Shown: one piece after another, positions 33,504-43,308 of the stretch
Position numbering within the stretch: position 1 is the first letter of the stretch
Layout of the letters: every line of letters starts with the position of its first letter
Assembly (NCBI GenBank): GCA_963752345.1
Contig: CAVVYA010000015.1
Coordinates: 640,343 to 704,342, forward strand
DNA from: an uncultured Alphaproteobacteria bacterium
Lineage (GTDB): Bacteria > Pseudomonadota > Alphaproteobacteria > SMXQ01
Length of the DNA stretch: 64,000 nucleotides
Reading direction: 5' to 3'
Program-made: the position numbers and the translations under genes
Notes under the pieces: generated by a model
What the model was told of the DNA's origin: nothing
The model's input: the letters and a program-made list of their open reading frames with translations, nothing else
The model's database searches: none

Positions 33504-34300
33504 TCAAATCGGCAAGGCGGCATCGATGTTGAGCAGTGTTCGCGCGACGCTGTAGGCGGTGAGCATGGAGCTGCGCGGATTGTCGGGGAAGGGCGCCCCT
33601 TCCAGGCGAAAGCTGACGCGTCCGCTGGCCCCCTCGGCCTCCACCTCGTGGATGTTGCAGGAGATGGCGGGGTCGGCGACGAGCTCGACAGTCGTACGAT
33701 CCATGCCGAGGCCGGCCAAGGCGACGGTGGCGGATGGCATTCTTGGGAAACCGCCGGGCTGCCTCGCGGGCCGTGCCACGGAAGAAGGTCTCGGCATGAG
33801 ACAATGACGCCAGTGGCACGAGGTCTTCCGCCGCGGAACCGCGCCACGCGGCGGGCGGTTTGCGCGAGCGGTAGGTCACGCGCGACAAGCCGGCGATCCG
33901 CATGGCCGCGATCGCGTCGATTCCGCCAATGGCGCCCGACGGAAGCAGGATGCGGCTACCATATTGGCCCGCCACGCTGCGGAGGCGCTCGAGAAAGCGG
34001 TCGTCGGTCAGCGCGCCGGACGAGGTGATCAAGAGATCGCAGCCCGCCGCGAGAGCGGATTCGCCGTATTCCACGACCGCGTTCTGCGCGGCCGTCTCGG
34101 CGACGATGTCCGGCCGGCGCGCGAGTATGTCGTTTAAATTCTCGAAAACCGGGACGCCGCAGTTCACCGCCCGTGCCGACGTGACCGGGGCGCACGAGGA
34201 CACCGGAAACCTCGAATTCATCGGTCCGCCCCGACGTCTGCAAGACCCGTAGAACCGCCTGGGAAATCGTGCCGTAGCCGATGAGCGCTATCTTCAACAT
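33504..34300 (-). CDS. aspartate dehydrogenase domain-containing protein (NadX-like), apparent frameshift
   Basis: MLKIALIGYGTISQAVLRVL N-term; C-terminal domain in 33504-33797 frame. Confidence 0.5.
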
Positions 34301-34415
34301 GCGTCCGTCACGATGTCTCGCCTTCTTTGCTGCCGTCGCGAGTGCACGGCTCATCTCAGGACGCCCCGCTGAGAAGGATCGCCCCGATGATCCAACAGCC
34401 CGCCATGCGGCCGGC

Positions 34416-35450
34416 CTAGACCGTCGGCTCGAGGGCCCACCCGCCGTCCGCGACGCTCGTGATGCATCCTGGCACCATGCGCGCCGCAAACCGGTAGCCC
34501 GAAGCGGAATTGTCGAACAGCTCATCCACGCTAAGCTGGCGGTCGGTGAGCCCCTGTTCATGAGCAAGGTGGAGAAAGCGCGCGATCTGCGCCCGGTTTT
34601 TCTCGCACCCGTAAGGCCACGGATCGTCACCCCAGATGGCGACCGTATCGTCCAGATATCCGCGCATCAGCGGCAGCGCGTTCATCCGTTCGTCCTGCAG
34701 GATGCGATAGGCGATATCCTTCGATTGATCGAACGCCCGGCAGAGTTCTTCGGCAAAGCCGGGCCGGGATTCCAGGGCCTTGTTGTGGATCGCGACCACA
34801 TGGGCGATCGGGAAGAAGCCGGTGCGCTTGGCCCATTCGCGCTGCCGCTCCCACGCGTCGGGGATGACCCGCTTGACGGTCTGCTCCTGGCCCGCCGGCA
34901 GCCTCGCGGTGCGCGCCGTCATCAGGCAATCGACGGTGCCATCGAGCAGACGCTCGAGCCCCAGCATGGAGGCGGGACTATGGGTCACCTTGACGGGGGC
35001 CTTCGTGCCCTTCGGTTCGGGAAACGCGGCGAACCATTCGACGTCCTGAGGCCGGATGCCAGCCTCCTCGGCCAGCAAGGCGCGATGCCAGAATGACGGC
35101 GTTGAGAAATACGACGGCGCGCTCATCACGCGGCGGCCGCGAAGGTCTTCCAGTCCGTTTATCCCGGTGTCGGTTCGCGTATAGATATACTGGTGCTGGA
35201 AGAACCGGTCGGTGAAGACGGGAATCGCCGTGATCGGCAGCCCCGACGCCTTCCAGAAGACATAGCGTGCGAGCGGAATGTCCGCCGCGTCCAAGGCGCC
35301 GGCGCTGAATGCATCGACGCCCACCTTACCGCCCGGCACGTTGATGACGTTCACGTTGTCGAGCCTGACGCGCCCATCGATCAACGCCGTCGTGCGGTCG
35401 AAGTGCAGAACCCCGATGTTCATCGGCGGCTTGACGGACCCCAGGGTCAT
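34416..35450 (-). CDS. 4,5-dihydroxyphthalate decarboxylase-like protein, paralog 2
   Basis: 344 aa; colinear similarity to 31366-32319 (…AIPVF..RFFQHQYIYTRTD…). Confidence 0.6.
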   Translation of the reverse strand: MTLGSVKPPMNIGVLHFDRTTALIDGRVRLDNVNVINVPGGKVGVDAFSAGALDAADIPLARYVFWKASGLPITAIPVFTDRFFQHQYIYTRTDTGINGLEDLRGRRVMSAPSYFSTPSFWHRALLAEEAGIRPQDVEWFAAFPEPKGTKAPVKVTHSPASMLGLERLLDGTVDCLMTARTARLPAGQEQTVKRVIPDAWERQREWAKRTGFFPIAHVVAIHNKALESRPGFAEELCRAFDQSKDIAYRILQDERMNALPLMRGYLDDTVAIWGDDPWPYGCEKNRAQIARFLHLAHEQGLTDRQLSVDELFDNSASGYRFAARMVPGCITSVADGGWALEPTV

Positions 35451-35507
35451 CGCACGTGTTCCCTCGCCATTCCTATCGACGCGAGCGTTCAGCGCTCGCG
35501 GCCGGCT

Positions 35508-36727
35508 TTATGCGTGCATCTGTTTTTCGCGCCGTTCCTCCCAGAGTTCGCCGCGGCAGATCGCCAGCTCCTCCGGGTCGTAACGCCACTGTTTGAGCGG
35601 GCCGCCGTCTGCCAGCGCCTTCAGTTCGCGGGCCCACAGCTTGCGGATCATGGCGATGCCGATATCGCCCTGACCCAACATGTCGTTGGCATGGTCGCCG
35701 ATCGTGCCCTGGCCGGTCTGCGCGATATGATCCTGCATACGGACGAAGTCCGTGGTCGCGGGATCGACGTCTTCCCGATACATCTCGCCCTTCAGAATCT
35801 TGTCCGCCAATTCGAGGCTGGAGAGCGTGCGCTTGGCCAAGCGCCCCTCGCGGCGCTCCATGTACTGCTTCACCTTGTCGGCCGGCATGCGCACGGCCGC
35901 GACGGTGAATTGGATATGGTTGTGGTCGTCAATCGGCGTCCACCAGGCCATGAACTCGCGATAGATGGCGACCGCCGGATCGGTCGGCTGGGCCTTGTGG
36001 TGGAAAGATGTTGGGGAAGCCGATCTGCGACATGCCGACCTGATCGGGCCAATGGGACGAAACCGTGACGCCCCAGATGCTTTCCTTCGCCTCGATGCGC
36101 GGCGCATAGGTGAAGCCGTCGAACGAGCCGGGATTGTTGCGGTGGACGAATCCCGAATGAGTGAGATCGGCGCCGTTTTCCAGATTGTTGAAGAAATTGC
36201 AGCGGCGATGGTAGCTGTCCAGCTCGAGAATGCCTTCGACATTCTCGAAATCGGGATAGCGCGGGAACGGCGGCGCCGCGGTTTCCTCGCCGAGATACGC
36301 GAAGATCAGGCCGAGGTAGTCGCGGCACGGATAGGTCTTGATCTTCACCTTGTCGAGGAATGGTTTGGGTTCCGCCGGCTGTTCGACGCAACTGCCGGCG
36401 CAATCGAACTTCCAACCATGGTAGTAGCAGCGGATCGCGTTGCCCTCGACCCACCCGGCCGAAAGCTGCAGCCCGCGATGAGGGCAGCGGAACTGGGTCA
36501 GGTAAGGTTTGCCGTCCTCGCCGCGATAGAGCGTGTACTCCACGTTCATGATCTTGACCGGCTTGGCTTTCCCGACCGGCAGATCCTCGGCGTGGTAGAT
36601 GGGTTGCCAGAAGCGCCGCATATAGCGGCCCGCCAGCGTGTCGGGGCCGGTGTGGTGGAAGTCGAGCCACGCCGGCCTCTGGTTGTCTGCGGTTCCCTCC
36701 GCTGCTAGGCGCTTCTCCCATCGTCAC
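35508..36727 (-). CDS. Rieske non-heme iron aromatic-ring-hydroxylating oxygenase α subunit, phthalate-dioxygenase family (apparent frameshifts near 36690 and 36000)
   Basis: HTGPDTLAGRYMRRFWQP then Rieske CPHRG...CYYHGW (35929-36621), catalytic domain in 35508-36242 frame. Confidence 0.7.
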
Positions 36728-37119
36728 TACTCCTCTAACGAAATTACGGTCGGCCGGCTCGCCTCATCGCGGCGAAGATCGCATCTGCCATCGCGACCCG
36801 AGGGAACAGGGGATGAGAGAGGAGCCGAAGCATTCTCGCGCGATGATGGCCGCGCATAGCTAACGGGTCAAGTAAGAACAAATAATCGAGCAAAATTATT
36901 GCGGGGCATATCAGGTCACAGGACAGTTATCGCCCACGGAATACTTGCTGTTATCTTTTTCGGCCCTCGGATTACAATTTGTTAGGTGCGATCGAGGCCG
37001 CACCACCAGGTTCGGCGCAGTCTTATGCAAGTCTGTGCGGGCGTTGCAGCTTGGCGCGGCGTGCTTTTGCCATTAGAATTATTGCCCTTAGATCACAGTA
37101 TCTGTCGCGAGAGGGGCCG

Positions 37120-38022
37120 ATGGCACGCACTCTGCCGCCTTTGAATCCCCTACGTGTCTTCGAAGCCGCCGCTCGACACGTTCATTTTACGCGGGCCGCC
37201 GAGGAATTGGGCATCACCCAAGCCGCCGTCAGCCGCCAGATTCTGGTTCTCGAGAGCTGGCTCAAGGTCAAGTTGTTCGAGCGGCGCCATACCGAGCTGC
37301 GTTTGACGGAGGCCGGCAGCCAATACCTGACCGCACTGGGCCAGGCGTTCGATCTCATCGAAACCTCGACGGCACACGCCAGCGGCGGTTCAAAGCAAAC
37401 CACGATCGTGCTGCGCGCCTATGCGACCTTCGCGATGCGATGGCTCATCCCCCGGCTGCCGCATTTCACCGCCCGGCATCCGGATATCCTGATCGACATC
37501 AAGACGTCGGTGACGCCCATCAAATTCCGGCCGGATGAAAGCGGGCTGATCATCGATTACGGCCCCGGCGAGATGGACGACGTCGTATCCCAACGCATCT
37601 TCAATGACGTCATCGCGCCCATGTGCCATCCAAAGCTGTTGCGCGACGGTTGGCACCTGGAACGTCCGACCGATATCAGCCATTATCCCCTGCTGCATTC
37701 GCGCCGCCGCAGCAATGACTGGAGCGACTGGTTCGCCCACGTCGGCGCCCCGTATGCCCCGAGCGACGGATCCACATTCGACAATTCCTCACTGACTTAT
37801 CAGGCCGCGAAAGAAGGCATCGGGGTCGCAATGGGGCAGGTCCATCTGGTGGAATCGGAACTCGCCAACGGCGATCTGGTCATTCCGATCGACCGCAAGC
37901 TGGAACGCCCCTATGGCTACTATCTGCTCTATCCCAAGCGCGTGATGCGGGACCCCAGGGTCATCGCATTTCACAACTGGATCATCGAGGAGTCGCGCGC
38001 GATGGGCGCCTCGGCCTGCTGA
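37120..38022 (+). CDS. LysR family transcriptional regulator
   Basis: N-terminal HTH LNPLRVFEAAARHVHFTRAAEELGITQAAVSRQI; divergent from the Rieske oxygenase gene. Confidence 0.85.
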   Translation: MARTLPPLNPLRVFEAAARHVHFTRAAEELGITQAAVSRQILVLESWLKVKLFERRHTELRLTEAGSQYLTALGQAFDLIETSTAHASGGSKQTTIVLRAYATFAMRWLIPRLPHFTARHPDILIDIKTSVTPIKFRPDESGLIIDYGPGEMDDVVSQRIFNDVIAPMCHPKLLRDGWHLERPTDISHYPLLHSRRRSNDWSDWFAHVGAPYAPSDGSTFDNSSLTYQAAKEGIGVAMGQVHLVESELANGDLVIPIDRKLERPYGYYLLYPKRVMRDPRVIAFHNWIIEESRAMGASAC

Positions 38023-38172
38023 TTCGCGGCACTCCAATATCCGTAAAATTATTGTCCGATACTTTCCCATTACTTCCGGTAATGGCAAAATTCCTGCGTC
38101 TTCTCTAATATAAATTGCCCACTCGATACCCCCTCACTATCATTCGCCGATGTCGAGTTTGGGGAGAGTTCG

Positions 38173-39209
38173 ATGAGGGTGCCACGTTTCGCTGTCTATT
38201 CCGGTCTGTTGCTCGCCGCTGGCGCGCTCGGCACGCGTTTGCCGATGCCGCGAAGGCGCAATCGCCCGCTGAATTCTACCGCGGCAAGCCGCTCACCATA
38301 TTTGTCGGCTTCACACCAGGCGGCGGCTATGACGCCTATGCCCGGTTTCTGGCGCGCCATATTTCCCGCCACATTCCCGGCGACCCGAAAGCCGTGGTGC
38401 AGAACATGCCGGGCGCGGGCGGCCTGACCCTGACCAACTATCTGTATTCGGTGGCCGCGAAGGACGGCAGCATGGTGGCCACCATCGAACCCGGCTCCGC
38501 GTTCGAACCGCTGTGGGGCAATCCCGGGGCGCAGTTCGACGCGACGAAGTTCATCTGGTTGGGGGGCATGAACTCCGAGGTCAGCACCTGTCAGGCGTGG
38601 CACAGCTCGCCCGCCAAGTCGCTCGACGAAGCGCGCGAAACCGTGATGATCGTCGGCGGCACCGGCTCGAGCGACGGCAACTACATCTATCCGAAGGTGC
38701 TGAACGAATTCGTCGGCACGAAATTCAAGCTGGTCGCCGGCTATCCCGGCACCAACGAGATCCACCTCGCCATGGAGCGCGGCGAGGTGCATGGCATCTG
38801 CGGCTGGTTCTGGTCGAGCATCCTGACGCGCAGGGCCGACTGGCTGAACGACAAGAAGATCATTCCGCTCGTCCAGCTTGCGCTCGAAAAACATCCGAGC
38901 TTTCCCAATGTCCCTCTCGCCATCGACATGGCCAAGACCGAGGACGACCGCAAGGCCCTCGAGCTTATCCTGGCGCCGACGAAAATGGGCCGGCCTTATA
39001 TCGCGCCGCCCGGCGTTCCGGCGGATCGCGTCAAGGTCCTGCGTGACGCGTTCGCCGCCACGATGAAGGATCCGGAATTCCTCGTCGACGCGAAGAAATT
39101 CGATTTCGAGATCAATCCCACGACCGGCGACGAACTTACTGCGATCGTGCAGCGGATTTATGCGACGCCGAAAGCGATCGTGCAGCGCGCGGCCGAGGCC
39201 CGGAAATAG
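38173..39209 (+). CDS. TctC/Bug family substrate-binding protein (apparent 1-nt frameshift near 38235 between signal peptide and mature domain)
   Basis: Signal peptide MRVPRFAVYSGLLLAAGALG in frame +1, mature protein AFADAAKAQSPAEFYRGKPLTIFVGFTPGGGYDAYARF in frame 0. Confidence 0.8.
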
Positions 39210-39286
39210 CCGCGCGACACCAACGCCGGCGCAGACGCAACCACCCGGGGCGTGACGGTGGACATCTGCGGCCAAAAGAAAGGCCC

Positions 39287-40804
39287 GTGCCTCGCCCGCG
39301 TAGGCGGCGCCACGATTTGTCGATATTCAACGAGTGGGAGAGTAACGTGGTTTCTGAGGTGAGTGATGCGGACCGGCAGGCAGCGATGGGCGATCTTCGC
39401 GAGTTCATCCGCCTGTCGCGCGAACGGGGCGAGCTCGAGGTCATTCGCGGCGCCGACACTTATCTCGAAATGGGCGCGCTCTACGAGCTGAGCCTGAAGC
39501 AAACCCATCCGCCCGTGCTGCTGTTCGAGGATATCAAGGGCTTCCCGGCGCAGCATCGCGTGGTGATGAATGTGCGCTTCTCGCGCCTGTTCGTCGGCGA
39601 CTACGACATGGACGCGCTCAAGGCCTATCGCAAGCGGCGCAAATGGGAGGGCGAACCGGTCGCGCCGGAATTCGTCAATGCCGGGCCGATCTGCGACAAC
39701 ATCATCAAGGGCGACAAGGTGAACGTGCGCGCCTTTCCCGCGGGCCACTGGCACGAGGGCGACGGCGGGCCCTATATCGGCACCGAATGCCTGATCATCA
39801 ACAAGGATCCCGACAGCGACTGGGTCAATATCGGCACCTACCGCACCCAGGTGCAGGACGACAAGACGCTCACCGTCTTCATCGAGCCCGGCAAGCACGG
39901 CCGGCTGATCCGCGAGAAATACTGGGCCAAGGGCAAGCCCTGCCCGATGGTGGTCTGCGTCGGCCAGGCGCCCGTGCTCGGTACCGTCGCCTCGACCGCG
40001 TCGCGCACCGGCGTCTCGGAATATGGCACCGCCGGAGGGCTGCTCGGCAAGCCGATCCGCGTGATCAAGGGCGAACTCACCGGCCTGCCGATTCCGGCCG
40101 ATGCCGAACTCGCCTTCGAAGGCTTCATGCCGCCGCCCGCGGAGGAGACGCGGCCCGAGGGCCCGTTTGCCGAATGGCCCGGCTATTACGCCACCGATGC
40201 TCATCCGGAGCCTGTGGTGCGCGTCGGCGCGATCTATCACCGCAACGATCCGATCCTGATCGGCCAGCCGCCCGCCAAGCCGACGTTCCCGGGACGACAG
40301 CCGCCCATTCAGGGCATGGCGGCGCTGTGGGACGCGCTCGAAGCCGCCGGCGTGCCGGGCGTCACGGGCGTGTGGAAGCCGCTCGGCGGCGGCACCCGCT
40401 TCATCAATGTCGTGTCGGTCAAACAGCTTCATCCCGGTCACGCCAAGATGGCGGGGCTGGTCGCCACGGGCGCCGGACCGGGCGCCTACATGGGACGCAT
40501 CACCATCGTGGTGGACGACGATATCGACGTGACCGACATGGCCGAGGTGATGTGGGCGCTTGCCACCCGCTGGGATCCCAAGACCCAGACCGACATCATC
40601 GACGGCTGCTACACCGGCTATATCGATCCGCTGACCAGCCCGGAGAAGCAGGCGTCGGGCGATCTCACCACCAGCCGCGCCATCATCTACGCGGTGCGGC
40701 CGTATCACTGGAAGGACCAGTTCCCGAAGGTCAACACGGTGTCGAAGGACTATGCCGCCCAGGTGAAGGCAAAATGGGCAGGCAAGCTCCCGTTCCTGAG
40801 GTAG
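39287..40804 (+). CDS. UbiD family (prFMN-dependent) aromatic acid decarboxylase
   Basis: 505-aa intact ORF, UbiD-like length; alternative start at 39383 (MGDLREFIRL). Confidence 0.8.
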   Translation: MPRPRRRRHDLSIFNEWESNVVSEVSDADRQAAMGDLREFIRLSRERGELEVIRGADTYLEMGALYELSLKQTHPPVLLFEDIKGFPAQHRVVMNVRFSRLFVGDYDMDALKAYRKRRKWEGEPVAPEFVNAGPICDNIIKGDKVNVRAFPAGHWHEGDGGPYIGTECLIINKDPDSDWVNIGTYRTQVQDDKTLTVFIEPGKHGRLIREKYWAKGKPCPMVVCVGQAPVLGTVASTASRTGVSEYGTAGGLLGKPIRVIKGELTGLPIPADAELAFEGFMPPPAEETRPEGPFAEWPGYYATDAHPEPVVRVGAIYHRNDPILIGQPPAKPTFPGRQPPIQGMAALWDALEAAGVPGVTGVWKPLGGGTRFINVVSVKQLHPGHAKMAGLVATGAGPGAYMGRITIVVDDDIDVTDMAEVMWALATRWDPKTQTDIIDGCYTGYIDPLTSPEKQASGDLTTSRAIIYAVRPYHWKDQFPKVNTVSKDYAAQVKAKWAGKLPFLR

Positions 40805-40838
40805 CGCGGACGCGCCCGGGCGGCTTTGCATAGCGACA

Positions 40839-40872
40839 CGGGCGGAGGCATGCCGGTACAGGCCTCCGCCCG
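40839..40872. terminator. bidirectional terminator-like hairpin between convergent ubiD-like and tctC genes
   Basis: Perfect 11-bp inverted repeat CGGGCGGAGGC-N12-GCCTCCGCCCG read directly. Confidence 0.4.
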
Positions 40873-40897
40873 TGGTCTTCCTGCAAAAAAGAAGCCG

Positions 40898-41902
40898 TCA
40901 TTTCGCCGCGCCGAGCAAACTTTCCAGCATCGTCATCATTTCCGGTGGCTGATCGAGCGCCTTTTTGACCGCGTTGGCGACGGTTTCCCCGTAGGCGGCT
41001 TCGACCGGCATCTTGAGCTTGCCGGCCTTGGCGCGCAGATCCTTGTCCTCCAACGCCTGCTTGTAGGCCTCGCGCAGCGCTGCCAACTGCGGCGCCGGGA
41101 TTTCCGGCGGACCGACCGTGAGACGGCCGAGCTCGCCCTGCAATTCGATGAGAGCGACGATCGATTGGGCCTGCGGCTCCTTCGCGAAAGACGCAAGCTG
41201 CGGCAGGTTGGGGTCGCTGCCGCCGATCTGCACGACGAAGCGGCCGTAGCCGTTAGCGACGAATTCGTCGAAGGAGGAGCGCGAGCCCAGCGCCCCGTCG
41301 ATCTCGCCGCGGCGCATCGCCAGTTGATCCTCGTTGCCGTGGTAGCCGGACAGAACTCGCATGGGCAGCTTGAACGCCGTGGAGAGCATGGTGGTTTCCG
41401 AATGCAGATTTCCCCCAACTCCGCCGGTCGCGAACTTCACGGGCTCCTTCTGTGAAAACAGGTCCTGGAACGTCTTAACGGGCGAAGTCGCGCTGACCAC
41501 GATGACGCGGCCGTCCGACGCGGCCTTGCCGATCCACGACATCTTCGCCAGATCGAATTTGACGCCTTTGTTCTTGGCGAGCTGGGCGTACATCAAACCG
41601 ATGCTGAACGTGCCCAGCGTCAGGCCGTCGGGCTTGGCGCCATAGATCGCGGCGGCGCCGATCAGGCCGCCGGCGCCGGCGACGTTCTTCACCACGAAGG
41701 TCGATCCGGGCAGGTATTTCTGCATGAACTCGGACGTGAGGCGGCCGTAAGCGTCGGTGCCGCCGCCGGGCGCGGTGGCGACGATATAGGTCACCGTCTT
41801 GCCCGAAAAACTATCGGAAGTGGAGGCCGCGATGGCGGGCAGCGTGATGAGCGCCGCCAAGCATCCCGCGCTGAACGATATCCATGTCGCTTTTCCGCTC
41901 AT
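40898..41902 (-). CDS. TctC/Bug family substrate-binding protein
   Basis: Signal peptide MSGKATWISFSAGCLAALITLPAIAAS, then TYIVATAPGGGTDAYGRL...NVAGAGG. Confidence 0.85.
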   Translation of the reverse strand: MSGKATWISFSAGCLAALITLPAIAASTSDSFSGKTVTYIVATAPGGGTDAYGRLTSEFMQKYLPGSTFVVKNVAGAGGLIGAAAIYGAKPDGLTLGTFSIGLMYAQLAKNKGVKFDLAKMSWIGKAASDGRVIVVSATSPVKTFQDLFSQKEPVKFATGGVGGNLHSETTMLSTAFKLPMRVLSGYHGNEDQLAMRRGEIDGALGSRSSFDEFVANGYGRFVVQIGGSDPNLPQLASFAKEPQAQSIVALIELQGELGRLTVGPPEIPAPQLAALREAYKQALEDKDLRAKAGKLKMPVEAAYGETVANAVKKALDQPPEMMTMLESLLGAAK

Positions 41903-42206
41903 CTGACACCCCAACAGTGGTCGATACGGTCGGTAGTCCTGCATGATCCGTGCCTGGGCTGGATCATACAAGCGAGATCGTGGGTCTTCTCCCAAATAAT
42001 CCCGGTTGTTGCGAGTATTGGCGGCGTTGGAATGAGGCGCCATACAGGAAATTATTGTTTCCGAACTTCACATTACTTTGGGTAATGCGGAATCGTTTGT
42101 TTCCACTGCGGTCGTACATTGCTGGCGGAGCAGCAACAAAATACACTTGCTGCATCGGCGTATTCATAAGGCAGTTTCGGCACATCGCTGAACGAGGGGT
42201 GAGCAC

Positions 42207-43274
42207 ATGCCACGCGTGTCGCGATCGATATCCGGCCTGATGCTGGTCAGTGCACTGGTCTTCTCCAGCGGAGGGTTTGCGGAAGACGCCCGGGCGGAGG
42301 TCTCGTTTCAGGGAAAGACCGTCAGCATCATCATCAACTCGAATCCGGGTGGGGGAACGGACACCATCGCCCGGTTGGTGGGCACGGTGCTGGTCAAACA
42401 CATTCCGGGAGAGCCGGACGTCACCTTCCGCAATATGCCGGCCGGCGGCGGCATTCAGGCCAACAATTATTTCCATAGCCAGGTGAAGCCCGATGGCCTG
42501 ACCCTGCTGACCGGCTCGAACACGCAAATCAGTCCGCCCAAGCTGCGCAACAGCGCGGTCAAATACAATCCGGCGGATTACCGCTACATCGGCGGCACCG
42601 AGCGTCTCGGATCGGTCATGGTGGTGCGCGACAGCGAGCGCGCGCGCCTGAACGATCCGTCGAGTCCGCCGCTCGTGCACGGCGACATCGATGGCGAGCG
42701 GGATGGACTGCTGATGGGCTTGTGGGGCAAGGAGTTCCTCGGCTGGAATGTCCGCTTCGTGATCGGCTACGCCAGCGTTCCCGCTGTCGAGCTTGCCGCG
42801 CGGCGCGGCGAAATCGACGTCTTCGCCAACGGCACCGGCTCCACCATCATGCGGATGAATGCCGACGGCCTCGCATCCCTCGTGCAACTGGGCACCCGCG
42901 ACGACGACGACCGCATCGTGCGGCGCGCCGCATTCCGCAACGTGCCGCTGTTCGACGAACTCATAACGCCGAAGCTGTCGGGACAGGCGCTGAAGGCCTA
43001 TCGGTCGTGGCGTGGCGATCAGCTCATCGACAAGTGGATTGCCCTGCCGCCTAATACGCCGGACGACATCGTCGAGACCTATCGCACCGCCTATCAGCAG
43101 GCCACCGCCGATCCCAAGAACAAGGACGTGCTGCAGAAGGCGTTCGGGGAGGATTGGGGCTCCTACCCCGGATCGTCGGTCGACAAGATCGTCAAAGCCC
43201 TCGTCGAAACCAGCGAGGAAGACCTGGCCTATTTGATCGCGCTGAAGAAAAAGCACGGCCTGCCCGCGAATTGA
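42207..43274 (+). CDS. TctC/Bug family substrate-binding protein
   Basis: 355 aa; signal peptide; SIIINSNPGGGTDTIARL...NMPAGGG. Confidence 0.85.
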   Translation: MPRVSRSISGLMLVSALVFSSGGFAEDARAEVSFQGKTVSIIINSNPGGGTDTIARLVGTVLVKHIPGEPDVTFRNMPAGGGIQANNYFHSQVKPDGLTLLTGSNTQISPPKLRNSAVKYNPADYRYIGGTERLGSVMVVRDSERARLNDPSSPPLVHGDIDGERDGLLMGLWGKEFLGWNVRFVIGYASVPAVELAARRGEIDVFANGTGSTIMRMNADGLASLVQLGTRDDDDRIVRRAAFRNVPLFDELITPKLSGQALKAYRSWRGDQLIDKWIALPPNTPDDIVETYRTAYQQATADPKNKDVLQKAFGEDWGSYPGSSVDKIVKALVETSEEDLAYLIALKKKHGLPAN

Positions 43275-43308
43275 GTGCCGACCCATAACAAGCGTAAAGG
43301 GGAATGAA

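Noticed and set aside
32380-34221. 613-aa ORF on - strand
   Set aside because: It overlaps the TctC and AspDH genes out of frame and has an extreme R/G/A composition. It is a shadow ORF.
2500-36730. Interpreting the frameshifted genes as a wave of genuine pseudogenisation or genome decay
   Set aside because: Indel errors are the more parsimonious reading. Housekeeping hemN and a TctC signal-peptide junction are affected. The breaks are single-nucleotide slips with downstream sequence perfectly conserved. The organism also retains a large intact metabolic repertoire. This cannot be proven from sequence alone.
39158-40831. 557-aa ORF antisense to ubiD-like gene, and 396-aa alternative-frame ORF 39643-40833
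   Set aside because: The UbiD-family reading (39287-40804) is the coherent protein. The others are GC-driven open frames.
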